Below are positions 24,428-38,491 of a stretch of 64,000 nt of DNA, piece after piece. Below the pieces are notes generated by a model. The model made no database searches. It was not told where the DNA came from and saw only the letters and a list, made by a program, of their open reading frames with translations. The number at the start of each line of letters is the position of its first letter. Position 1 is the stretch's first letter. Source of the stretch: Euprymna scolopes (Eukaryota); the NCBI GenBank assembly GCA_053919585.1, contig CM132806.1; one strand, written 5' to 3'. The translations under genes and the position numbers were made by a program.

Positions 24428-25453
24428 AAAAAACAGGGCCGATAGCCATTAGTCGCGTGCTCTCGTGTAATGAATGAATGAATGCGTGAATGTAGGATTG
24501 GTATGAAAATCTTAAAGATAAACTAAAATGACCGAAAAATGGGCTGAAATGACTTAAATAAATAAAAAGTAAATGACTTTAATGAACTTAAGGATGAATT
24601 GAATGACCTTAAGAATTACTTGAATGCTTAAAAATAAGTGGAATACTTCAAAAACAACTTGAAGGATCTGGAGATTGACTTGAATGGATTTGAGACTAAC
24701 TGGTTGTAAAGTGGGTGATCATTTTACATTAAATTAATACAGAAAAATGATCCCCCACTTTATATCACAATAAGTACAGCATGTAGTAAGAACAGATACT
24801 ACACTTTGATCATGTTTATATAGTTTATTTCCGTAATGAAAAACAATTAAAATTAAATAATGAGAAATTAAAAAAATAAAAGCAAAAAATTAACATTTGT
24901 AAACAAACTTAGGCACAAGGCCATACAAGAAGTGGGATGGGGAGTGTTGCAGGGTCATTGTTACTGAAGTGAAAATGGAGTCTTTGGCGACTTTACTCTT
25001 GACTGGCAACATTTACCGCAATACTTCATTCACTTTGTGGACTGTAAACTAACTAATGAAAACCCCAGCATTTTTGCAAAAAAGAATATATTTACAATTT
25101 CTGTGTGTGTAAAAATTTATTTATTTATTATTATTAAAACGTGTCTGTGCGTGTGAGAAAAGTTCAATTCATTGGAAAATACAATGTTCTTGAAGTTGGA
25201 AGAGAAACAGTTCGTGTTGGGGAGTGGGGAATCTAGAAAAAATATACAAAAAATAAAATTGCCTTTTGATCTTGGCCAAAAGGCCAAGCAAAAGTTTAAA
25301 AAGCTAAGAACAGCATCTATTAACAACAGACGTTTAATCTTAACCAAAAAGGCCAAGCACAAAAGTGTTACGGACAAACCGACCGACAGACCGACTGACC
25401 GACCGACGACCAACAGAGTAATTTATAGAGTCGCTTGCACGCGACTAAAAAAA
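24428..25453. mobile_element. Helentron-associated (HINE/DINE-like) non-autonomous element
   Basis: 12-bp subterminal inverted repeats TTAGTCGCGTGC (24449-24460) / GCACGCGACTAA (25437-25448), terminal hairpin AGTCGCTTGCACGCGACT, (CGAC)n microsatellite, internal ~21-bp tandem repeats, A-run flanks. Confidence 0.6.
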
Positions 25454-26351
25454 GCTTAAACTAAGCTCCCATGAACAGAGTCACAATTTCCATCTACGGA
25501 ATACTCTTTTGTGAAACTACTTTCACTGATAGTACCAACTGTCCGTTGTCAACAAATACCTATCGGGCCGTCCACTGAAAGCATGAAATTTCGTTCGTCG
25601 TTTGAAATATATTCATAGCACTGTTCTATAAAGAAAATATGACAATGCCAATTACAGTTGTATATTACAGATTATTAATTTATTAGAAGCTGTTTATAAA
25701 ATGAATATGAAAATAAACTATTTAAAAAATGAACATGCAAATTAGTAATAACCAAATGAGTTTGAATTTTTATTTAGATCATTATATGCAAAATATTGCA
25801 AGATCTTGTGTTTGCAGAATCAAATGTCATAAACAGTTTTGATTTTAATGTATTTAAGTTATGCGAAATAACGTGCGCATTTTTACATTTCGTTGAACAG
25901 ATAGTTTCTTGAATCTCCTGATGGTGTCGCTGTAATCGATTATCGTTGTTGTTGTTCGAATTTTATATTACTAGGAAATAATAATAAGAAAAAAAGAAAA
26001 ATAAATGTACGTTTATTTATATTGAAAGTTACACAAATAAAGTATGTGCATCGCTTCATTGAACAATGACGTAATCCCTTGATCTAATCATGTTTACGGG
26101 GCTTAAAATAAACCGATCAATCTTGTATACTCTGTTTTATGAGCTCCTAGGCCAGCCTGGAATTAAAGGTGGAAGACGAGTCGCAGCCTAATAGAGATAA
26201 CCTAACAATGTGTAATGTGATTCCGAGCAAAAGCCGAATACGAACCGATCATATAATGACAAGTGTCCACTAGATAGTTTCTTCTTTGAGAGACTTGTTC
26301 GTTTCTTTTTTTTTCTCTTTTTCCTCGATATGAGCACGTTTTCACACAAAG

Positions 26352-27100
26352 CATCTTTACATCATCAACGTTCTGTCTCCATCTAGCATCAATTGAAATG
26401 GATGGCTCTCGTCTAGAGGAAGTTCCATGTTTTGATAACCTTCTGGGCTTGACCTTTACTCCTGATCTGAAATGGAACACGTACATCAAGTCAGTTGCCG
26501 AGGTCGCTGGAAACATTGTAGGATCCTTCTACCGCTCTAGAAGATATCTCACTCCTGATGCAATTCTCTACCTATATAAAAGCCAAGCATGTCCAAGGAT
26601 GGAGTATTGCTGCCACATCTGGGCAGGAGCTGCTAAAACAGTATATCCTGCCTTGACAGAGTACAAAATAGGCTTCGTGGCTTAGTGGGGGGTACCCTTT
26701 TCTCTTCCCTGCAACCTCGTCTGAGCTCCAATCTCTGGTCCCACTCGTCAATCTTTCACAATAAACACCCGTCTAGCTGAAACCACTTTCAGTAATTTTC
26801 CCCACTCTTTATCTGTGCCTAAATCAAAACATAGATTCCATGAACAAAGCTTCTTTCTTAGAAGTACACGCCTGTGGAACTCTGTTCCGTTTGCCTGTTT
26901 TCCATCTGACTACAACCTGGATGTCTTCAAGTCAAACATGAAAAATTCCTGATGAACCGCCCCCTTACGTAAGACACTTTATAAATTCTCCAATACTAAC
27001 GATTACTACGATACTATCCAATTGATTACTGTACACGCAATAATCCTTATCCCTGAGTGGCATCCGGGCCTTTATAAGTGGTGACTACCTTGTAAAAAAA
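26352..27100 (+). mobile_element. 5'-truncated LINE copy
   Basis: ORF 26398-26685 (MDGSRLEEVPCFDNLLGLTFTPDLKWNTYIK...) plus the family tail and poly-A. Confidence 0.9.
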
Positions 27101-27200
27101 AGAAGTAAGACGCTCAACCGATAAACATTCAGCGATCTTGATTTTATTTAACAGTATATTTGAGTAAGATGCGATTCAGATAATAGCGCCTTACATCAGT

Positions 27201-27231
<31 letters not shown>

Positions 27232-28871
27232 TGCGGTACATGAAAAACCCGTCGAGAGAAAGATCACGAAACATTGCCTATCCTCTTCTGATGACCTTAC
27301 ATCATTTCGGTCGGGAACGAAATATTCCAGAACTACAAATATCCAGAGAAAATATTAATATATATGTAAATTTCCAATGTAAGCGTTTTACGTTCAAACA
27401 ACAATATATTCTGTCATCCGTTCGCTTCAAAACTAGTTTTAGTTACATTTCAGACATAAGTGTTTTCCATTATCATTATTATTATTATTTTAAAATAAAT
27501 GTTTTCAGTGTATTTATTGACAGAATGATGAATTCTTAAAATATCTAAAATATTATATCGATTGTAGCCATTGTGAACAGAAATTAACCTTCTGTAAAAG
27601 AACTATGAAAAATGTAGGTATGCTTGCATCTGGGAATAACGTTATTATTATCTATGTTTACTAGCACATATACTTAGTTTACTAACAAATGAACCACGAT
27701 AAAGATTCTATTATATTATTCTTCAACATTATAAAAAGTCTATTCATAAAAGACAAAAAATGCCGAATTTCCGTAGATCTAGATGCGATCAAGAAAATGA
27801 TGATAGTTTTTTAATTTGATGATGCTGCTTACATCATCATCATCACACAATGGAACATATTTATTTAATAAAAAACGCTTTTAAAGATTTATAAAAAAAA
27901 TAAAAAAAAGACTACTAAATCTGACATTACCAATGAAAGAAAATCAATTAATTACAAATCCAGAAATTAAAAAAAAAAATCTGTAATTTTTTAAAAATTT
28001 GCATTTAATAATGAAGATACTGCACGGAGTAAACATTTTCAAAAACTCAGAAATATATAAGTATTATCTTTTACCATTTTCGGTTTAGCATTTTTGTATA
28101 TTTCATAATGAATTTACAATCGGAATTTATTTTACTAGTTATTCATATTAAATACGGAAATACCAGTTCTGTGTCTGCTATATAATAGAATGTTTTTGCT
28201 ATATACTGTCTTAACTACACTATAGATTGCGTTTTTAATATATAATACAATGTGTTTTTGCTATATACTAGTATACTATTTTTTGCTATATAATTTAATG
28301 CGTTTTTGCTATATGAAAAGAATGTGTCAGCTATGAAAAGGAATGTTTCATCTATATAATAAAATGTGATTGCTGTATAATAGAGTGTGTTTTTGCTATA
28401 TATAAGAATGTGTTATCGCAATAAAAATGTATTGTTGCTATATAATAAAATGCATGTTTGCTACATAATATTATGTGTTTTTGCTATATCATTGAATGTG
28501 TTTTTTTTATAAAATAGAATGTGTTATTGCTATAAAAGTGCGTTATTGCTATATAATTAGCAGTGTTTTTGGTCTATAATATAATAGAAAGCGTTATTTC
28601 CCAAAAAATAGAATGTATTATTGATATATAATAGAATGTGTTTTGCTATATCTTAAAATGTGTTATTGCAATACATAAAATGCGTTATTTCTATACAACA
28701 GATACATCTGTTTTTACTATATAATAATAATAATAATAAATGTTTTTGCCATATAATAGAATGTGTAATTACCATATAAGAAAATTTTGTTTGGTGTATA
28801 ATAAGATGTGTTATTGCAATATAATAGAATGTGTTTTTGCTATATAAAAGGATATTTTTGCTATATAACAG

Positions 28872-28905
28872 TGTAATGTTGTGACCCTTTCTTTTATTAT
28901 TATTA

Positions 28906-28949
<44 letters not shown>

Positions 28950-29576
28950 TCGAGCGACGGCGGATCGCTTCATTAATTATTATTATTAGAAAAATAAACA
29001 ATTAAATTGAGTAAAAGGAATGTGAAAATAGAAAATAGATGTAAACATGATTTTTGGTTCGCGTAAAGAAATAACTAGATTGGGGTTACATCAGCTGTTA
29101 GTCTGAGACACGTAATAAAATTAATATTTGGGGAGTCGTTAGCTGGACATCAGAGAGAACGAATGTCTCAAAAAGGGGATTTAGTCTCTCCATGACGCAG
29201 GGAGCGGCGTCATTTCAGGCAAACAAGATGTAAAAATGTGTAATCTCTGAAGATGCCGGCCGGATCATGCAAATAAATGTTTGTAAATAATTCAGGTATG
29301 TGTTGTGTTATTTACTTCTGTTAAAAATAACTGTTTGTCTACAACTGTTTCGATACGTCCACGCCAATAATTTCGTGTTAGAACCGTTGCATAAATATTA
29401 AAATATACACAATAGACGATCATCTAAATGATACGACGTATAGAAATTCACGCATTTACACGTACATGAATATACAGATAAAATAGTAAACCCAACTATG
29501 CAACATGTACGTCGTTACTAAATATATTCACACACATTACCAAACAGGACCCTTTTTAGAGCCCCATAACATAACA
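28872..29576. mobile_element. Solo LTR with 4-bp TSD (ACAG) inserted in the satellite
   Basis: Termini TGTAATGTTGTG / CATAACATAACA are imperfect inverted repeats (TG...CA). ACAG lies at 28868-28871 and 29577-29580; removing the insert restores TATAACAGAATGTG. Confidence 0.7.
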
Positions 29577-30895
29577 ACAGAATGTGTTCTTGCTATTAAT
29601 AAGATGCGTTTCATCTATATAATAGGATGTGTAGTTGGTATATCAAAGAAATTGTTTTCCTATATAATAGAATGTTTCTTTGCTATACAATAGGATGTGT
29701 TATTGCTAAAAATAAGATATGTTATTGCTATATAAAGAATGTGTTTTTGCAATATAATAGAATGCGTAATTGCTATATAATGGAATGTAATATTTTTATA
29801 TAGAAGTATATGTTATGAAAAAATATATAAAATAGAAATTGTTTTTGCTGTATAATAGAGTGTGTGTTTTTGCTGTATAATAGAGTGTGTGTTTTTGTTG
29901 TAAAATGGAGTGTGTGATTGCTATAAAAATGTATAATTGCTATATCAGATAATGTGGTTTTGCTAAAAATAGAATAGAGTTTTGCAATATCACAAACTGT
30001 TTTCTGCTGCATAATAGAATGTGTTTAGCTATATAATAGAATGTGCTTTTGCTATATAACAGAATGTTTTTTGCGATATAAAACATGTGTTTTGTTATAA
30101 TAATGTATTATTTTTATATAATATAATGTGTTATTTCTCTATAATAGAGTGTGTAATATAATTAAATTGTGTTTTGTTATAATAGAATGTAATTTTTCTA
30201 TATAATAAAATGTTTTGCTATAGAATAGAATATGTTTTTGCCATTAAATAAGATTGTGTTTTCGCCAGAAAATACAATGTGTTTTTACTATATAATAGAA
30301 TGTGTTTGTGCTATATAATAGAGTGTGTTTTTATATAATAGAATCTGTTTTGCTATATAAAAGAATGTGTTATGCTATATAATAAAATGTGTTTTTCTAT
30401 GTAATAAAATTTCATTATAAAAAAGAATGTTTTTATATAAAAGAATGTGTTTTGCTATATGATAGAATGTGTTTTTGCTAGATTATAGTTTTTGCTATAT
30501 AATAAAATGTGCTTTTGCTATATAATATAATGTAATTTTTCTATATAATATTGCTATATATGTGTTATTGCTGTATATGTGTTATTGCTGTAGATTAGAA
30601 TGTGTTTTTATGTTTTATATATATTGTTATTGCTTTACATTGGCATGTGTTTTCTATATAATAGAATGTTTTTCTTATATTGTAGAATATGTTATTGTTA
30701 TATAATATAATGAGATTTTGTTTATACAATAAAATGTGTTTTTCTATATAATCAGTTGTGTAACTGCTATATGATATAATGTGGTATTTCTGTATAAAGG
30801 AAAGAAAGTATTGCTTTATAACACAATGTGTATTTGCTGTGTAATAGAATGTGTGTTTGCTATATAATAGAATGTCTTTTTGTTATATAATAGAA

Positions 30896-31323
30896 CTAGC
30901 CTAGGTATCCGGCGTTACCCGGGTGTTTGGAGGTGTGTGTTGAGCTAAAAACGTGGTAATAGGCAATCATGTTAGAACCCGTACCACGAAGAAGGAAAAG
31001 AATATGGAAAAACGTGACATCTTGGCGTTTCAGCCCATCGCCAAACTGGAGGTGGCGAAGGTTTAAATTAAGGCTAGTCAATCAAAAAGAGGGTTAATTT
31101 TGGAAAATATCGGCGAAACAAAGCGACCCCTTCATGTAGAAAAGTGCCTAGTGTAGTGTGAATGAATTTATGTTTTTAGCAAATTTTTCGATATTTGTCG
31201 TCCGAAAGGTCGAGCCTTAAAACGATACGGATCTCGTGAAAATCCGCCGCCTCTGTCAAAAGTTTAAGACAGACATAGATACACACATATATTGAAACAG
31301 AGAGGTGAGATATATATAATCGA
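30896..31323 (-). mobile_element. Non-autonomous Helitron (428 bp)
   Basis: The minus strand runs TC...hairpin CCCGGGTAACGCCGG...CTAG. It is inserted between A and T with no TSD, and removal restores the satellite TATAATAGAA|TGAGTTTTGCTA. Confidence 0.8.
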
Positions 31324-31642
31324 TGAGTTTTGCTACATAATAGAATGTGTTATTTTTATATAATAGAATGTGTTATTTTTATAGATAAGAACATGTTATT
31401 GCTATATAATAGAATGGGTTTTTACTATATAGTAAATTTGCTATTGTTATATAGTAGAATGTGTTATTGCTATAAATAAAATGTGTTATTGGTCTATAAT
31501 AGAATGTGTTATTTGCTATATAATATAAGGGTTTTTTTTCTATATAAAAATGTATTATTGCTTTAAATAAAATGTGTCTTTGCTGTATAATAGAATATGC
31601 TTTTGCTCTAAAATAGAATGTGTTTTTGCTCTAAATCAAATT

Positions 31643-32600
31643 GGTGCATAAAAGGAGATATGAACTTTTAAACACACCGAACGTTGGCACCTGCGTCTCT
31701 CAATTTAGGTATGGGAGCACGGACTCGATACAATTTTGAATAATATTTTATGTTTATTCTTTGAACTTAATTGAACATGGTTATTTAAAGAGATATGCGC
31801 TTTAAAAACATAAAACAATTGATAAAAAGTTCATGTATTTTTATATATTTTATAAAGCTTTTGTTAATATATTTTTTCAAATATTTGTTTTTTTCAAGTA
31901 TAGTTAGTTAGTTTTTTTTTTAACTTGCGTAATCTATTACGATCTTTTTTATCAATTATTATTCTTTTATTTTTTTAATCTAATATTTTTATCGATTTAA
32001 AAAATGTAATCGCATATCTTTTCAAATAACTGTTTATTTAAATTAATATGTTATATATTTTGTCAAACTATTTAAATATAAAAAAATATATTTATTCAGA
32101 GAAACATCCAAAAAATATGAATGTGTCATAGTTTTTGCAGTTTCAAAAAGGTGAATGTGCAACAGAAAATAGCTTAACAGTTTAAAAGTAAACATTTCAC
32201 ATATGTTAAAAATATTAAATTCAAACAACATAATGAGTACGAATAGATTACGTGGGTTTAAATAATGAAACTAGGTATATTTGAAAAAAAACTAAATCTG
32301 TTTGAAAGAATATATCTAAAAAAAAAATTTTTAATCTATAAAAAATATATAAAATACATAAACTTTTTATCAATTGTTATTTAAAAAAATGTTTTAACTG
32401 CATACATTTTATGCGATTAAAGCATTAAAAAGTAATTGATAAAATAAGTTTACGTATTTTTATATATTTTTTTAATATAGGGATTAAAGTAACATAAAAT
32501 ATAATTGAAAATTGTACTTTATGTGCTTTCATACCTAAATTGAGAGACGTGAGTGCCAACTTCCGGTGTGTTTAAAATTTCCTGTCTCCTGTTATGCACC
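31643..32600. mobile_element. Foldback/MITE with long terminal inverted repeats
   Basis: GGTGCATAAAAGGAGA...TTTAAACACACCGAACGTTGGCAC..CGTCTCTCAATTTAGGTATG is mirrored at 32520-32600; the AT-rich interior is also partly inverted. Confidence 0.8.
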
Positions 32601-34544
32601 ATTACCGTCAAATGTGTTTTGCTTTATAATTGAATGTGTTATTGATATATAAGAAAATGTGTCTTCCTATATCACAGAATATGTTATTGCTATATAATAG
32701 AATGTGTATTTACTATATAAAAGAATGTGTTCAGTCTATGTAATAAAATGTGTTTTGAGCTGTACATTAGAATGGGGTGAGTAATTTCTCTATGGATTCC
32801 GAAAAGGCTGAACCGATATATTCAAAATGTCATACCACTGTACTGTATGTGTCTGGAATGTTTTTATAAGGATGCATCTGATAAGCATTGAAAATCAATA
32901 ACCGAAACAAATCTCATTAAAAAAACGGATAACCCGAATCTGACTCTTATATAGCCTAACATCACAATTGCATTTGAGAAGTTTTATCAGCGCGAAAGCA
33001 GAAGAGTCTTGAGTATAAGACAGTGCCCGTTCTAAATAGATACCTTTTGTAAAACGCAATTAAACCATGGTAATTGACGTTTTCATTTTAAACTCTTATT
33101 CAAGCAAACATATAAAAATAATTTTATAATATCAACATTAGTTTCTCTACAGTGCCACAATATATTCTGGACTATTCACTGCGGGATGGCATGTGAACTC
33201 CCCTCCATGATGCATCCCGGTAGCTCTTACACTAGAATAGCCAAAATCAATGAGTTTTGGTTTTTAAAAAAAATGAACAAATTAATCGATTTCGATGGCA
33301 ATACATATTTGGAAGTGTAGATCATTTGTTGCTCCTCATTATTTCCTGGGCAACGTCGGATTTCTCAGCTTGTTATAGTATATTGAAATGTGCAATGTCA
33401 TATTTTCTTGATTGGTCTGTATTATACAAATATTTAAAACGATGAAATCATTTGATGAATTAAGAGAACGTCTCGATAGATATTTATTGACCTTGGCTTT
33501 GACATCAGCCAGTTAATAATAATAACGCGGCAGCTCTGGGATAACGTGTTCTGCATATAGAAAGTTCTTAGCCATTAACTTTGCTCATGGAAGTTTTGTT
33601 GGACTTTTGGCACACAGGATAAGATGGGTAAGTTTGCTTAAGGTGTGATAGCAAGATGAACGTTCCCAGTTGGTGACGTTAACCACTTAGCCATCATCAG
33701 ATTTCGTTACTGTTAGTAGTATATACTTTTTAGCCTTCTAATTTTTTTAAAAGTAACTTCGGTTATATTTTTCCGAAGGGCTTTTGCTTTCTGTCTGCTA
33801 TGCTATCGACTCCATAGCTTCATTCATTCATCTTTAATGAATCATATAATTACTGTTGGCATATGTTTCCCCGATATCTTTCTAGTTAGAAGCTTTTTTT
33901 TTCGAAAAAAAGATCAGGAGGAAACACATGTACGTTGTTACATCCCTAAGTGAAATTGTTTTAGTGGGACGAACTGAAGTCAAACTTGGCACACCTAGGT
34001 CTTCACTTTCTGTCGTAAAACGTTTAACAACCATCATAACGTAATGTTACAAGATCAGTAATCATAAGCTCCAAGATGCGATTTTTCTTTTACTCTCCTT
34101 ACTCTGAAAACATCAAATCAAAATGATTGTTAACTTGGCAATATATTATTAAGATAAAAAAGAAGACGCCTGAACTGTGATAGTTGTATTAAAAGTGTAT
34201 TAGCAAAAGAAAAAAAAAGGAAAGAAAGATAAGAAGAAAAGCGAATACTGTTAAAAACACGCGGGAATTAAATACTTCCTTGTTGTGGTTAGCCGCAAGA
34301 AAATTATTTGAGCAACAAAAACTTGGCCTTGCATTCGTTTCCACTCCATTGATCACCAAAGTTAAACATGAATTTAAAACCGATGCCAAAATTATATTAT
34401 CAAAATCACCGCCTCGGGCAGTTCTATATTTAACTTGCTCGGCGGGGGAGTTCATTCTTTCTGGCCCGTGAAACGTAATGGTTTCTTCTTTAGGAAGTGT
34501 CCGCTTATTTCCTCAGAAGTAATAAATTATATCTTTGTTTTTAA

Positions 34545-35169
34545 TCTATATTAATACAAGCGTCGTCTGTATGGCCAAGTCTTAGCTGACTACACTTGTT
34601 ATATCAGATTCGTGAACTTCAAATCTAAATATTAATTTACTTGTCCATACGTCCAGTCTCACAATAAACATCATCATCAAAAACAATAATTAATGAGAAA
34701 CGAATTACTTCCCTTTATAGTCGCTCGTTTCGTAAGTAAAAAAATCATTAATCATTATTTCCTCTCCAATTTTTTTCAAAACAAATTGGCTGCCTATTTA
34801 CGGGTTCAAGTTGGTTATTTTATTTTATAATTCAAAAAAGGCATGTTGAAAGAAGACTAAGTTGTTTTTTTAATATAGTTTATTTTAAAAAAAATTTAAT
34901 GTGCAAGTTAATTGGCATCTGCTCCTTTATAATTTATATAAAAATTATTTTAAAAATAAACAAATCAAAACATGTGTTTTGTGTTGAATTTTTATTGAAA
35001 AAATCTCAATTTTTAAATTAATTCTTTTCCGCTTAAAAAGGTTAAAAAACTTTTGCTAAAATTGTTTTAAATTCGTCTTTATTTGCTTTATTTTATTTTT
35101 TTAATTATTTTGTTTATAATATGTTTTTAAAATATTCAACTCCCTTGGAAATTCCACGGGTTATGCTAG
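34545..35169 (+). mobile_element. Non-autonomous Helitron-like element
   Basis: A|TCTATATTAATA start; CCCTTGGAAATTCCACGGG hairpin followed by CTAG|T end. Confidence 0.55.
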
Positions 35170-35469
35170 TATATATAGTTTTAATAGAGAGCCTATTAGC
35201 TCGTGTGAGAAAATCAGCAGCAGCTAAAGGATAGCTGGCAAGCGAAAATATTAGCAGCAGCAGCCGTTAAAACACGTACGCAAAATAGCAAATGTGTGCT
35301 AGCTTGTGTCAGTAGAAAAGGGGAGAAAAATACACCACTTTGTCGAGGGTAAGAGCAATGTGGCACGGGGGAAATGGACGTGTAAATATAAGGGCGAGAA
35401 AGCGCTGGCAAACATTAGCACGAGGTAGGAGGAGACAGAAACTTTTAAAAAGCACATGTGTGCGCGAAA

Positions 35470-36904
35470 AGATTTCTTAAAATATTTAAGTATATTTCTT
35501 CATGGGACAATACTGAAAAATGATTTTTGACACAATGAAAAGTAGTCTGTCTGCAGCATATATAACAGAGTTAATTCATTACCCCTCAAAATAACTCTAA
35601 ATATAGCCATAAAAAGCTAACTCTCTGGCAACAAAAGTGAATACACCCATTACAAAAGTTGTCAATATTAACATACAACATATCAACTCTCAATATTCTG
35701 TGTAGCCACTATCATTATCCAAAACTGCCTTTACTCTCCGGGGCATGGACTTTACCAGAGCTTCACATGTAGGCACTGGGATGCTTTTCCACTCTTCAAT
35801 TACGACGTCGTGGAGCTGGCGAATATTTGAGACTTAGCGCACCTCCACCTTCTCCTTGAGGATGCCCCAAAGATGTTCTATTTATTATTTCTATTTCAAG
35901 TCTGGAAACATGCTTGGCCAGTCCATCAGCTTTACCCTCAGCATCTTCAGTAAAGCAGTGCTTGTCTTGGATGTGTGTTTTGGTATTTGTCATGCTGGAA
36001 CACTGCTCTGCGACCCAGTTTCTCGAGGGAGGGGATCAACCTCTGTTGCAGTATTTGACAATTTAATGCTTGAGTTCATGTTTCCCTCAATACAATGTAA
36101 TTATCCAATACCTGCCGCACTCATTTAGCCCCAGACCATGACATTCCCACCACTATGCTTGGCTGTATGCATGATACACTTATCTTTGTGTCCTCATCTG
36201 GTCGCCGCCACACATGCTTAAGGCCATCAGAACCAAATAAATTAAATTTCGTCTCATCAGACCATATGAAATGGTTCCAGTAATCTATGGGCTTTCTTGA
36301 CACATCTTCAGCAAACGGGTTTTTAAGGTATTTCCTTCAGAAGAGGCTTCCTCTTGGGGTAACAGCCATGCACACTAATTTGAGGAGTACAAAGATAAGT
36401 GTGACATGCTTACAGTCAAGCATGGGTGTGGGAATGTCATGGTTTGGGGCTGTATGGGCGCTGTAGGTATTGAATAGCTACATTTCTTTGAAGGGAGCAT
36501 GAACTCTAACATGTACTGGCAAATACTGTAGCAGAGCATGATCCCCTCCGTCTAGAAACTGGGTCGTAGAGCAGTATTTCAATGGCTACATGTGAAGCTC
36601 TGGTAAACTCCATGCCAAGGAGAGTAAAAGCAGTGTAAGATAATGATGGTGGCCACACGAAATATTGAGAGTTGACATGTTGTATGTTAATATTGACAAC
36701 TTTTTGTAAGGGGTATACTCACTTTTGTTGCAAGAGATTTAGCTTTTAATGGCTATATTTTTAGTTATTTGAAGGGAAAAAATAAATTAACTCTGTTATA
36801 TATACTGCAGACAGACTACTTTTCATTGTGTCAAGAAATCATTTTTTCGATGTTGTCCCATAAAGAGATATATTTAAATATTTTAAGAAATGTGAGCGGT
36901 GTAC
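35470..36904. mobile_element. Tc1 (DD34E-type) foldback: two transposase 3' halves in inverted orientation
   Basis: Minus strand 35470-36385 encodes WNHFIWSDETKFNLFGSDG..VWRRP. Plus strand 36405-36904 encodes TVKHG(G)GNVMVWGCM. 35470-35780 and 36580-36895 are reverse complements. Confidence 0.8.
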
Positions 36905-37911
36905 NNNNNNNNNNNNNNNNNNNNNNNNNNNNNNNNNNNNNNNNNNNNNNNNNNNNNNNNNNNNNNNNNNNNNNNNNNNNNNNNNNNNNNNNNNNNNNNN
37001 NNNNNNNNNNNNNNNNNNNNNNNNNNNNNNNNNNNNNNNNNNNNNNNNNNNNNNNNNNNNNNNNNNNNNNNNNNNNNNNCAATTCTGATAATTTCCCCTA
37101 AATTTACAGAGATATAACGTAGCAGGAGCAAACAAACAATAGATAAAAATCCGGATCGGCATTTTTTAATTTTTAACAAAAGCATTCTTTCCCGTCTCGA
37201 CACCATTTTTAAAGTCTCTCATTGCCACATGTCTATTTCCCATGATCAGTTTCCCTTTCTTTCGACCACACGCTTGCCACAGTCAGCCCATTCTCGCTTT
37301 CACTATACACGTCCGTCTTCTTATGCGTTTACTTTGTTTTCTCCCGTGGTTTTCACTCATTTTCTTTATTCTTCAGACACAAGAATGAGCACACTTTGCA
37401 ATTTGCTGTACCTATTTACTAATCGTTTGCCATCCATCCTTTGGTTACTGCTGATACTCTCATGCGCGCCCATGTACGCTATGTAACTGAAATAATCTCA
37501 CACGTCTAATTATTAAAAGAAATGCTTGTTTAACATTTTCTCCGAGTGGACACCAAAACAACAATAAATTTTAATTCAATAATCTTTATTATTTACAGTG
37601 ATCTTATTTAAATTTTCCAGAATTAATACATATTTATATTTTCACTATTTGTTTATATTTCCCGGGACAATGCCGGTACACTGGTTTTGCTAGTATCTAT
37701 CTAAGCACGCGTGTCATACTACTTTTTTTCATACAAGGCTTTAGCTGTCTTAAAAAGCAAATGAAATTTAGGGAATTTTGCTTAATTGCAAATAAATATA
37801 AATGAAATTAAATGCAAATTGGATATATCTTAATTTTCAAGTTGGACGTTTTGTCCATACCACTTATAAAAACAGTTAAAATACGTAAAAGAAACTGGAA
37901 TTTATATAATG

Positions 37912-38410
37912 ATAGCAAACCGCCTGGCGTTGTCCGGTCATAAAATACGCTTAAATATGAAATATATTTTTATCATTTTAAAGCCAATTTTCTATTGATT
38001 ATAGTTTTTCCACATTGTATAATATCGATTTTAAAAATTAAAATAAAAATGTATATTCTGACTACCATCGATTCCAATCGAAACCAAAACAGGTAGCGCT
38101 TAAGCGTGAGTCGTTATCGTTTGAGTTATCATCAAAGGGTTTAGAAATTGTTAAAAATGAACCGACTTAAACGCATAGACGTATATTTGCGTATGTGTAC
38201 AAGAACATTTAAAGTCAGCGAAAGTCTGCCAAATTCCATTTTTCCAGATTTGACATGTTAGCAGCTATCTTCATCGGCTAAGACCTCATAAAAGAACAAA
38301 CGCAATCATCTGATCCGTCTCGCTCTACTCTGTGAGTCTGTATCACAGAGTAGATGCACTTCAGAAAAACTAAAGACAGACAGATAGACGGAACGGGAGT
38401 TTTATAAATT
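37912..38410 (-). mobile_element. Helitron-like non-autonomous fragment
   Basis: ATAGC...CCTGGCGTTGTCCGG hairpin end and AGACAGACAGATAGAC...TTTATA at the other end; similar start at ~41800. Confidence 0.4.
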
Positions 38411-38491
38411 AATTTTTTAAGCTGACTTTTATATCTCTTGATAAAGTTTCAATAAAATGTTAATTTTAGAAAGTGTTTCACTATTTTACAC

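Larger units (their letters stand above)
28180..32770. repeat. AT-rich ~22-bp degenerate satellite with three nested insertions
   Basis: Consensus about TATAATAGAATGTGTTTTGCTA, repeated roughly 100 times and interrupted at 28872, 30896 and 31643. Confidence 0.9.

Noticed and set aside
26948-26960. CTGATGA in LINE tails (also 5619, 38611)
   Set aside because: It is the LINE ORF2 end (FLMN) with no following stem II or GAAA.
27287-27330. CTGATGA...CGAAA spacing
   Set aside because: No stem II, stem III or stem I pairing; likely chance.
28653-28973. Poly-Asn ORF
   Set aside because: (ATT)n microsatellite plus satellite translation.
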